NCBI GenBank assembly: GCA_963702205.1
Contig: OY969724.1
Location: 704,001 to 768,000 of the forward strand
Direction of reading: 5' to 3'
Length of the DNA stretch: 64,000 nucleotides
DNA from: an uncultured candidate division Zixibacteria bacterium
Lineage (GTDB): Bacteria > Zixibacteria > MSB-5A5 > GN15 > PGXB01
Shown: positions 48,901 through 58,735 of the stretch, in pieces
Layout: each line of letters begins with the position of its first letter
Position numbering within the stretch: the first letter of the stretch is position 1
Translations under genes and position numbers: made by a program
Notes under the pieces: model-generated
Told to the model about the DNA's origin: nothing
What the model saw: the letters and a program-made list of their open reading frames with translations, nothing else
The model's database searches: none

Positions 48901-51900
48901 GCAACTCTGTTCGTCTGGTATCGATAAAATCTAGCCAGTTATATGGAAATAGACCCGATCGCTTGTTTTTTGCAAGGTTATTGAGAACTTGACCGACCTT
49001 TCGTGGAAGGTCTGTAATGGAGATACTACTTTCTGACCAACGATCGAAACCATAACCGACAAACTGTCTCTCCAAGACAGCTGGCGCGTTAAGAAATACT
49101 CCCGGCGGTTCAACAGCCCCACCCAGCATATCCTGAGGTTCCTCAAAGAAGTAAAGATCGTGTGGCTTACCTTCCGCCATTGCAAAGTTAAAAGCATTAC
49201 CATCATGTCGACCCGATCGACCAATCCGCTGGAGATAATTGGCCTGTGACGGAGGTACCGAGCAAAGAAGTACCGTAGAAAGATCCCCTATGTTAATACC
49301 CATCTCCAGGGTGGGCGTACATGATAAGAGGTTCTCTGACGCAGGCATGTCTTGTTTAATGAAACGGCTTTCTAGCAACTCCCTGTCCTCGCGTTTCAAC
49401 AGTCCTGTATGTTCTCCAGCGAAAATGCGATTTACTTCTCCCGACGAATACAACCTTCCATAATAATCCAAAACCGGCGCCTGCAATTCATATCTGCCGG
49501 GGCAACGGAATCTCCGACATGGCATGTCTTCCCAAAATAATCTTTCGGATTTGGGTGCGGAGATCACGAAACTACAATGATTGCAACGATGCTGGTCTAC
49601 ATCACGTTCGACTTGCAGAGCATCAGGGCGAAGACACCAAATAGTGTGCCCACTCCTGTCATAATGAGCAAGAATACCGCAATCCACTAGGGTTTTGAGT
49701 ACCACTCTATAAACCGAATCAGCATACTCTCCGATTCTTGGATTGGCCACCTCCATAGAGCGTCGCAACCAGTTTTGATACCAACTCTCGTTAGTACCGG
49801 ATGCTAACAATGCATCGAATCGAGTGCCTCCTCGCTTAGTGGTTAAGAAGATTGGTGCTCTCTTGCCGAACTTTGGAAGAAACGGCACCTTATTTAATAC
49901 AAAGATACTACCCCAACTTTCGATGTACGTATTGAGTGCTCCAGTATCTACTGCTCCAAGGGTCTTAAGCCGGATGAGCAGTCCCAGCAGAAATGACGTT
50001 ACCACAGCAGTTTCAAGTGACTGCCAGCCGCCTATTTCGTTTTGAAGTTGTTCGGAAATCTTTGCTGATGCCAATGTTATTAGAGACAGTGACGGATGTG
50101 CGATTGAACAGCTCGTTTTTTCCAATGTCCGTCCAATTCGTGAACGAAAGCAATATTCGCTAGAAATCTCCCATTGGATTCTTTCTTCAATCCATCGTAG
50201 TAACTCAGAGTCTTCGGGAATTCGCCCGGTGGTCTTCAGCTTTTCGTAGTCCTCATGCCACTCCATATCGGGCGCCAGGAATGTTGCAATGTAATATGGC
50301 TCTGGCAGACGTTTTCGCCAGTATTCCGTGAACTTCTTCGGTAGATCCTCAAGTGACACAGGTTCATCTAAACCAGCAATCACTTGTTGTAGCGCTGTGC
50401 GGAAGTTAAAGCGAAAAGTCCGGGCTTCAAAGAAACCAGCTCGATGAGATGCATCCTGAACAGAGTCTGAGAATGCGAGCAACTTTCTGTCCTGGTCGTT
50501 ATAGTACGTTGAATTGTAGAGTTGTCCAATGACAACTGAAAGCAAACTTGCTGAGCGACTACCGACAATCGTCATACTGTCATGGGATTCACAATAAGGG
50601 CAATCGTGGCTACCGAATGAACGGCTTTTTCGCTTAACACGCTTATTCACAATATGAGACGCCACAATCTTATCTTTTAAGCCGCATGCTGGACAGACCT
50701 CTGGCGGTTCACCATCTCCCATATGTAAACAGTGACCGCAGATGTAGGCCGGAAACTCCAACTGTGGATCCTTAGATTGCAACGACGGGAAAATGAAGTG
50801 AATATTAGGACTATAGTTAAAATATGCTTGATAGAACTTCTGCAGATCTGACGCAAATTCGCTATCCTGCTGACGTTTCACCGCTGCCCAGCCCATTGCC
50901 CCACACTCTCGACAATGCACAAGCGGAAGGTGGTTCTGAAGCTGTTCGGGTTTCAGATCATCTGAAAATCTAATATGAGCATCAGGAGCCACTTCAGAGA
51001 CAACGCGTCTTAATTCTCGCATCCAAACCTGGATTCTAACATCTAAGAATGGTAATAGCTTATCGTTGGCTTCGCTACTCTGTCGACGTGCTACTGAAAT
51101 CAGAGCGAGCATACTATCAATCAGCGCGCTAAGGAATACGTGATCGGCATCGAGCAAAGAAGCGTCGATTTTCTGCAGACTCTCCGCAATTTGTTCGATG
51201 GTGAAGGTCTGATTATTTAGAATCAGTATCAGACTGCGGAAAAACGAGTGTTGCCTCAATTCATCACTCAGAGTTACCACCCATTTGGCGCGCGAGGGAT
51301 CGGCTGCCTTCTGGCCAAACCACAACTCATACTGCCGAGATATAAAGGATTGCCAATCTGTGAAGTTGTCAGGTAGCAAATCGTCTATGTAGCTCTTGTC
51401 AATAATATCGTGTCTTGTAATGGGTGTGTCACCGAGAAATTCGGTTGCGGTGTATCTATCCTCAGTAACTACTGACTCAGCATCAAAGTCCTCATTAAAA
51501 ATATCCTTGGCATAATCGCGTAGCTCAATAGCGTCTTCTTCACCACCGAGCGTCGCAGAAGTACCGACACAGCAAACATAGCCTGATGGCGCTTTAACCC
51601 TCGCCTTTAGCCTTCTTATAAGACAGGCCAAGTCGGTCCCTTGGGCACCATCGAAAGTATGTAGCTCATCCACAACTAGGAATCTGAGCGTTTCTGGAGC
51701 ATTGTCCTTCCAAAGCCGGAAATCACCTGGACGAATAAGCAAATAATCAAGCATCTTGTAGTTGGTCAGCAGAATATCCGGGGGAGATGTCCGCATGGTG
51801 TCTTTGTGCGTGATCACCATATCTTGGGTCATTGTCATCTGACCTTTACCGGCAGGATCCTGGCCCACAAATAGGCCTGCTGTGACATTGCCCTTCAGAT

Positions 51901-52354
51901 TCTCTCCTGACGCGATGAGGCTCGCCATGCGTTTGGCCTGATCATTTGCCAAAGCATTCATAGGATATATAATAATTGCCTTGATTCCCGGCTCACCACG
52001 GTGCTGATAACAGTAATCCAAGATAGGATACAAGAAGCACTCGGTTTTGCCGGATCCGGTCCCAGTGGAAATGATCGTGGATTTAGCCGTGTCAGCACTT
52101 AGGCGTGTGAAAGCCTTTTCCTGGTGCAGATAGGGCGGATGAGACATCTTGAAGGAGTCAAAGTAGTCACGATCAAGGGTGCCCTGCCTGAACGGTAGCT
52201 TCACGGAGACATAGGGACCTTTGAAGAGTCGTTTGCGCTCTTCGAAGAGCCGGTCTAATATACCGTGGAAGAACGGATTAGATGGGGGAAATGTTGTGCG
52301 AAGGAAATCCTCAATTCCACGCTCTACTTGGCTCGCAATAACAGACGGAATCAT
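45995..52354 (-). CDS. Very large DEAD/DEAH helicase with DUF1998 Zn-binding domain and C-terminal nuclease-like region (DrmA-DrmB fusion / DruE-like)
   Basis: TGTGSGKTE, YPMNALANDQ, DELH, SAT, TPTLEMGINIG, QRIGRSGR; LYDRIPGGTGY...CRC...GCYRC; ADFVF...AVFTDGFQYH. Confidence 0.85.
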   Translation of the reverse strand: MIPSVIASQVERGIEDFLRTTFPPSNPFFHGILDRLFEERKRLFKGPYVSVKLPFRQGTLDRDYFDSFKMSHPPYLHQEKAFTRLSADTAKSTIISTGTGSGKTECFLYPILDYCYQHRGEPGIKAIIIYPMNALANDQAKRMASLIASGENLKGNVTAGLFVGQDPAGKGQMTMTQDMVITHKDTMRTSPPDILLTNYKMLDYLLIRPGDFRLWKDNAPETLRFLVVDELHTFDGAQGTDLACLIRRLKARVKAPSGYVCCVGTSATLGGEEDAIELRDYAKDIFNEDFDAESVVTEDRYTATEFLGDTPITRHDIIDKSYIDDLLPDNFTDWQSFISRQYELWFGQKAADPSRAKWVVTLSDELRQHSFFRSLILILNNQTFTIEQIAESLQKIDASLLDADHVFLSALIDSMLALISVARRQSSEANDKLLPFLDVRIQVWMRELRRVVSEVAPDAHIRFSDDLKPEQLQNHLPLVHCRECGAMGWAAVKRQQDSEFASDLQKFYQAYFNYSPNIHFIFPSLQSKDPQLEFPAYICGHCLHMGDGEPPEVCPACGLKDKIVASHIVNKRVKRKSRSFGSHDCPYCESHDSMTIVGSRSASLLSVVIGQLYNSTYYNDQDRKLLAFSDSVQDASHRAGFFEARTFRFNFRTALQQVIAGLDEPVSLEDLPKKFTEYWRKRLPEPYYIATFLAPDMEWHEDYEKLKTTGRIPEDSELLRWIEERIQWEISSEYCFRSRIGRTLEKTSCSIAHPSLSLITLASAKISEQLQNEIGGWQSLETAVVTSFLLGLLIRLKTLGAVDTGALNTYIESWGSIFVLNKVPFLPKFGKRAPIFLTTKRGGTRFDALLASGTNESWYQNWLRRSMEVANPRIGEYADSVYRVVLKTLVDCGILAHYDRSGHTIWCLRPDALQVERDVDQHRCNHCSFVISAPKSERLFWEDMPCRRFRCPGRYELQAPVLDYYGRLYSSGEVNRIFAGEHTGLLKREDRELLESRFIKQDMPASENLLSCTPTLEMGINIGDLSTVLLCSVPPSQANYLQRIGRSGRHDGNAFNFAMAEGKPHDLYFFEEPQDMLGGAVEPPGVFLNAPAVLERQFVGYGFDRWSESSISITDLPRKVGQVLNNLAKNKRSGLFPYNWLDFIDTRRTELLNSFQRLFENTLNDASRERLKAFVEGDADKEESLIYKVLNRLNGLKKERDSLRSRVQQINRTIKTKESSKAKDQNTEGEILELKRDKASLNGIIHSINEKDTFNFFTDEGLLPNYAFPEAGILLRSIIYRKRNVTDQYGKYDTRVYEYQRPAATAIHELAPANMFYADGRKVTIDRINIELSQPEDWRFCNACSYAIRETLNTHKSSCPRCGSLIWADAGQKRSMLRLHQVEATTSDRESRVDDTNDSREPQFYNKHMLVDAKPQFIEKAFRIDSDDVPFGFEFLRKVDFKEINFGSQTGLGETIDIAGKSVPVDGFMVCKACGKVRDPEQDEEFRHALTCRYHGKSTDKPFLDYLYLYRQFSSEAIRILLPVTSCGMPVKLHSFVAALYLGLEKMFKGSIDHLATTVVEEPVEGSAIKKQFLVLYDRIPGGTGYLKELSQTENSMMELISQALEALKDCRCQNDPEKDGCYRCLYAYRVSKDMAEISRREAISLLTDIVACRNRLIAIDTVSNIPINSLLDSELEARFVEALRRSCPAGKPAVLTNEVVNGKPGWHLKLDKTVWTIEPQVSIGNSEGVTIPSIADFVFYPTKRNLSLPIAVFTDGFQYHADVSAGNLRVGEDLSQRMAIVRSGKFLTWSLSWQDVEHQFGSNNRDYFNNYLDHSPATLTRLLDAYDKDYRTNSCSGFSKLNSFEALVTYLDRPDMVLWRFYAFLQAINGKRNSLGYGKENWINSSLYALESSRHWNEIEIPKCPSSSMDDWYASILVECDAIDRPAIIMLAAMPSENVKNPNETHLLKVTARLFDDADIASSTEAFRASWNGFLRLFNFMQFLPQVKFITTGGISRSRYDGLQEPVFHDHLSLRRTNGDSRLELLSLTNSRLHTVINAIYKSHRVAPEPGYELSGVNGEVVAVAELAWPDLRIAILLPEQAHFTNSFETNGWIVHLLHDLTEDIGSLIEGLPSGVED

Positions 52355-53893
52355 GCGGTCCCCTTCTCTGCCGCCGTCCCTTGTTCCATTACATCACCCT
52401 TCTTTGATTCGAGCCATTCTTTCAAAGGCGCGACAAAAGGCCCCCACTGAGTCGACTTTGCAACTAGATCTATTATCAGTCGGAGGCCTTCTCGTTTCTC
52501 ATAGCCGAGCTTAATAATCAATTGATTGATATAATCATGCTTATCCTGTGGTACTTGGATCTCTTTCGCCAAAGCAACAAGCTCTTTAGCCTCCGCATCT
52601 AAAATAGTCTCATCTAATCCTATAACAAGACTATGGATGTACTTCTCCGGATGCTCGCCCTCTGGAAGTACAAAATCCTTCATAACCGATAGAACTTTGC
52701 TACGACGATCTATATCCTGCTGCTGATCCCCTGTCAAAACCTTCTTCACCTGGGCATCTTTGCTTGTGTCACTGCGATACTCGTCACCATCCAGAACACA
52801 AAGAGAATTCGTCAAATCGTCTCCCTTTAGCACCATACCACTAATTACGGTAAACGAGTTGACTGCAGCGCCAAAACGAGTTGTTTCGACATACTTCTTC
52901 ATGCCAAGTCCACCGGCCACCTTGTTGACAATTGCGGTTGCCAGATCATCCTCGACAAGGATTTCTAATGGTCGTTGTTGGATTCCAGTCATCCTTCTTA
53001 GTGCGTCTGGCTTCGTCTCATTTAAGCATGTGGTACTGCCATCCACATTGTGAAGGTGACGTATATTTATGAATTCATGGCAATCAAGAAGCTGCTCTCT
53101 ATGTGAAGTGAAGATAATCTGAAGGTTCTTATCTTTAGCTCTATTGTGAATTACTTTGATGAATCTTTCGAGTGCATCACCGTGTAGTAGAATATCCAAC
53201 TCATCAATCAGAATCAGTCCACTCCTCGGAATGGTAAAGACCTCATTTAGAACGTGCAAGAGGCGTTGCTCTCCGGCACCCATTGACAGTGAAGAGTATC
53301 GAATCCCGATTGATTTTACCCCTCCATACTTCTTCTTCCCGGCAATATGTTCATTCAACTCGTCGTAGCGCCGGTTAAATACAATTGACAGAGCTTGAAG
53401 GACTTGCTGGCTTGTTGTATCGGTTCTTGTTGAGGTTGTGTAATTTATCCTAACTTCGCGTTTCTCAAGCTCGATTTGTGGAACGCAGCTACTAACGCCA
53501 ATATACGCAATGTGCCTTGCAGGTCGGTTCTCGTACCTTGGCGCCCACCTTGTTGATTTCTTCTCGTAATCATCCTTCTTTTCGTTATATGTTGTCTTTT
53601 CTATTCTATAAGAATGAGTCAATGTGATCTTACTACCATTCCAAAGCGCATCCGTATTAGGAACGAAAAAGTAGCTAAATTTGTAATCGGTACTGTTCGG
53701 AATCCGGAGGTGGTTGGTAGCAGCAGGAAAGAGCGTGAAGAATGGTGGATTTCCCACAGCAGTTAGGTCCGAAGATTCCGGTCAAAGGTTTGCCTTCGAA
53801 GCTAATTTCATGGAGATTCTTGAGGTTTTTTAAACAGTCTATCTTCATTGAATGAACTTTTAGACCCGTGCGTAGAGGCTCATTGGGTGGCAT
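52351..53893 (-). CDS. ABC-type ATPase + TOPRIM-like domain (OLD-like nuclease), split by a +1 frameshift near 53690-53700
   Basis: Walker A GPNCCGKS in 53675-53893; signature SMGAGEQR, Walker B LILIDE, FTSH and TOPRIM-like ILVEDD/LDGD in 52351-53757. One-base removal joins the frames. Confidence 0.78.
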
Positions 53894-53895
53894 TT

Positions 53896-56800
53896 CTACA
53901 ACCCCCTCCGCTTAAACTCTTCCCAGGCAGTACCGATAGTCTTCTTCACGATCCGGTCGATCAAACGGAGGTTTGTAGACAATAAGGCGATCCACGGGCC
54001 CCTGGATTGGCTCAGGATAATCCGGACATGGACAGTCGAGCTCAGTTCCGTCGGTTAGGCGTATTCTTGCATTCGCCCTCCGATAATCTGGCATAATATC
54101 CTCAGTAATCCACTTCTCGATCGAACCAGACTTCATCCCCTGCGCCTCATTCCATTCATGTCGTGTCAAACCAACACCTGATAAGCCCTTGTTTGTTGTA
54201 AATACAATGTTCCCTTGCGTATCAAACCACGTGCTAGCTTCATTTCTAACAACAACAGGAAACTGCACTCGGTAGATAGTGAGCAACTCAGCCAAAGTTA
54301 AACCAAGCTCCATGCCAACGAGCACATCGATTTCAAGCAGTGCTTGACGACGTTCATATTCACTTGATAGCCTTATAGCTTTGCTCCAGTCACATTGAGT
54401 GCTCCCAAAAACGTCTTCTGATAGCCGCAGATCTTGTTTGGTCCAATTATCTGCCAAATAATTATCGTGCCACCCCGCCTTCCATAATTCCGCATACGCC
54501 GACGTTACGCAACTGAGCAATAGCATTCTGTAGATAATCTCATCGCTTTCGTCAAGATAAGGAAGCTTGACGAGTATACTCTCATATATCCCCGAGATGC
54601 CTGAAGACTTTATATAGAAGTCATACACTATTGATGCAAAGCACCCGGCGAGCATTACCAAAGTTCGCACCTTTTTACAGGCAAGGCTCTTAACGGCGTG
54701 TATATGACCGATTTGCCTAGGCATGATTGCAGGTATGAGGGACCTCTCATTGGTGCTGACCAATTGGCCGCGCATCATTATCCGATAGAATTCGGTGATT
54801 CTTTGGTCCGAATCCCATTTGACCCGCGGTATCCTCATCGCATAAGTATCGGCGCTGGTTGCCGGGAGAAAATTCGTTCGCGGAACATATGTATCGGGAA
54901 GCTTTGTGATATCAAGATAGTCATACGCATGGTGAGTATTACACACTCTCTTGGGTGTTTGATGTAATGGGCGCGCGACGTAGAAATGAGGACCTGAGAC
55001 GATCCACTCTTCCAATTCATGGGGGAATATAGTCTGTCTTTTGATAGTTCCGTCCTTTTGTCTGCCAGACTCATCCCACATAGCCGAAAAACTGATCTCG
55101 CTCCTTATTGATTCAATCCTCTGATCGACTTCTGTAAACCTATTCAAAACGGCTAGCGATTCTCTCGAGTGGACTATAGGCAACCGCGTTTCATCGAAAG
55201 ACGTGTCAGAACTCTCAAACAGTATAGAGAAGAGCTTCAGCTGTTGTTCCGAGACACTGATAATTCTATGAGAGTGACCCCGTAACTCAAATTGTCCATT
55301 GTCACTCTTGATACCAGGAACTGCACCAAGTCCACTATGGCCGTAAGACTGGTCTATTGTCGATGGGTGATATACTAATCCCACCATGTCGAATAGCACT
55401 TTCTCACTATTAGATCCGAAAATTAAAAGCTCATATTTCTTAGCGTGGCCGACCTGTGCAAAAAGGCTTTTTTCATTTGCAAAATAGAACAGATATTTCA
55501 GCCGACAATAACATGCTCGACGTAAAGCACCGCCTTTTGCATCCTTGAAAATCCCATCATCTGTTACGTACGCTGTAACTCCATCCGTTCTTGATACTCT
55601 CCAAGCAACCGGCAAGAAGCACTTGTATAGGTTTGACTGTTGTCCAATAAGCGCTGGATAATTGGAAAGAGCGTTGATGAAATTCTGATTGGAAGTCATT
55701 GACACGTATTCGCGGAGATAGTCCGCGTACGCTTCAGATGATAAGACTATCTCTTTGCGCAGGTTCCCGGTTTGCCTGGCTGATAGTTTTCTTACCGTAA
55801 TTAGCGGGCTATACTCGCTTAACACGCCTGCTTCATTCCATTCAAGTCGGACCCACGGCGGATTGCCAACGGTTAGATCGAAGCCCCCTTTATCAGCAAT
55901 AATATCTGCAAATTCGAGCTCCCAATGATGAAAACGATATATGGCGTTAAGCTCTTCTACAAGTCGTATGCGCGGTGTTTCTTCTGCAAGTTTATTTACG
56001 TCGATAAACCCAAACTCATCTTTTAAGGCGATCATTTCCTGTTTTGAAGCCGTTACAGGAAATAGGGCAATCTGACCGTTTTCCTCAATAGCAAAGTCCT
56101 CTGCTTGTCCTTCGAGAATTAATTGTATATCAGTCAAGTACTCCGCGCGAGAGGGCAACATTTCCGCCTTCTCTATAGGCCAGAACCACAAAGCACACCA
56201 ATAGTCCATGACCAATCTCAGACGGCGATATAGGCTAGAGTTCCTAATGTTCTTTGAAAGCAGTTCCTGTGAGTGCTTCAAGTCCTTATCACGAATGCTG
56301 GTGTTCTCGCTGTTGTCAGATAGACGAGTCTTCCCAAAAACATGTATAGGGTCTGTAGTCGACTCCCTTAGCCTGCGCAATTGATCAGTGTGCTTGTCCC
56401 AGAGTCTATCAACTGAATTTGAAAGTTTTTCGAGTATACGAATCTGGCTATCAGTAAATGGTTTCAGAAACTCCCTGCGCCATTTGTTGATTATCGTGAT
56501 CTGTTCTTCAGCGAGCCCTTTGACAATTTTGTCCTGATAGTGTGCCATTCCAGCATCGGGGACGAGGAAGTGATAAATTTGCCCAGTACGTTCCTGGACT
56601 TCCGATTCCGGCGGATTCTTACCCGCGTCTTGTGGCCAGTACTGCTTTGGTACATCGTCTAACCAGGTCTTCTTGCCCGGATCTTTAATCTTCAGAAGAG
56701 CCGAATCAAACATCTGTCGCCTTGCACCTACAAGCGAGTTGCCGGTAGTTAATTGCATTCCGAACCACGGAACAAAACCACCTGAGTGAATAGAATTCAA

Positions 56801-58735
56801 CCAAAGTGACACTTCAGCTAGCTCGACAGCGATCGGGTTGAGATCCACACCAAATACATTCCGATCGGCAATCATCATCTTTACTTTCTGCCGTTCCCGG
56901 TTGTAATCGTCAGGTGGCAAAATCTCGTCAAGCTCCTTCTGCTTAAGTTGCATATAAGCATCCGCAAGCTGGTTTATTGCCTCGTTCAGGAATGCGGCAC
57001 TGCCCATGGCTGGCTCACAGATCGTGAGATCAAGGATTTCATCCGCGGTCTTATTCTTTAGGAGTTCCTTAAGTGCGTATTTTACTAGGCACTTGGTGAG
57101 GACTTCTGGAGTGTAATAGCTTGCTGATTTTTCTCGATCACGCCCCGCAAGGCGATATATGAACGTCCCCCTAGGATACCTACGAAGAGTACCTCTTCTC
57201 CAGGCTGGATTTCTTTCCTGGTCCTCTGCTGTATTGAAGACCTTTTCCTCATCAGCGTACTTGGGGAGATCATCTTGTGTGACAAAAAACGCCTGATCAA
57301 GCTCATTTACTCGATCCTGGTCAGCCCTTTTAACTTCATACAGATCGCTTTCAGCAAAAAATCCACGGTATGACAACAACCCCTCGTAAACTGCGCCAAG
57401 TTGGTTTATGCCAAGCTGGGCATAGCTGATTCGTCCACGTCGGTTGTTTCTACCGCTCTTTGGCCGAGACAGTGACATTAACTCAAGGATGCGTTGCAAG
57501 ACAGAATTCCTGAGCTTCACACGATTAAGAAGTGGCGTTCTCTCAGGGTCAAATAGATGAGATTTCAGTGGATGCAGCGTAAATGAATGATGCTGAGGTT
57601 TGCCTTCAAAGTCGAATAATGACTGCTTACCCGGCTCAAAGCCGTTGTACACAAGATTGAAAAGCATTGAAATAGATTCGTGAAGGTAAAAACCATTTCG
57701 TGACTCTTCAGTCGTCAATGGCACTAGTTCCAAATCCCTCAAAGATTCCAAGCTATAACCACTCAAATATACGTTACTTTTCATCTCCGCATAACCAAGC
57801 TCTGGTCTAGCCTCTATGTAGAAGAGAAATAGTAAGCGGTACATGTATCGTAAGCATTCCAGCGTCAATTGATCAGAGTACTCTTTGCCGTAGATCCCCT
57901 CTTTTAGAACATTTCGGAGATAGTGGATTGCCTCGTTTCCTAACAACTCAATTGCTTCACGAAGCGAATATTTCAAGTCCTCTGAAACTTGAAAGGCATG
58001 TTTGTGAGATTGATCATCGAGAGTATCCAATAGCGGTTGTCCGTCGCTGGGGCAAATACTCTCACGATGGAGTAAAGCAGCCATAGCTCTGAAAGTCGAT
58101 GGCTCTCTACGCCCAAAGATCTCATTGATGTCAAAGCGAAGTAGACGTTTCTCATTCCACTTACTTCTGTCGATGAGCACAACCGTATTAAAATCTAGAA
58201 GCAGAATCCAGCGCGGGGGAGTATTGAGTCCAAATATCTCGCGAGTTATGATCTCTGTAAAATCCTTTTCCAGAAGGTTCTCTTCATCCGTATCTGGATA
58301 CTGCTCTTTGAGAAGCATTTGAAGTAGCGGATCTTCTGGGTCTTGTACTGATGTTACTGACTCAAGTATCCACAGGTCAGGGGCACCATTTGACTTGGTG
58401 ATCTCACAAAGTATCGGAAGCACTGCACCAGATTCGGTAGCTCGTAATCCGGGCTCAATGTCATACCCCAGCGCTTGAAGTAAACCAAGGACAAATTCCC
58501 TTTGGCCCGAGAGAACATCTGGAAGATGTCGGAGTTTCTCTAGGTCCGCCTTTGTTCTGAAGTAGTCCTTCGGAAGCGCGCGCAGTAATTGATCTGGAGG
58601 TTTCTTTCCGCTTTTTTCCGACTCTTCTTTCCAAAGTGAGAAGATCTCTTTTAGGTCATCTTCCAGGATAGCCCTAAGATAATGATCTGTATAGAATTCA
58701 TTCTCGTTGCTGATTCCAGTGGTATCTATCGGCAT
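53896..58735 (-). CDS. Type IIG/DrmMI-like N6-adenine DNA methyltransferase (probable +1 frameshift in the last codons)
   Basis: YYTPE, motif I EPAMGSAAFL, GVDLNP, motif IV GNPPW, C-terminal TRD region. Track ORF stops at 53912; removing one C at 53933-53934 gives ...DYRTAWEEFKRRGL* ending at 53896, next to the next ATG. Confidence 0.85.
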
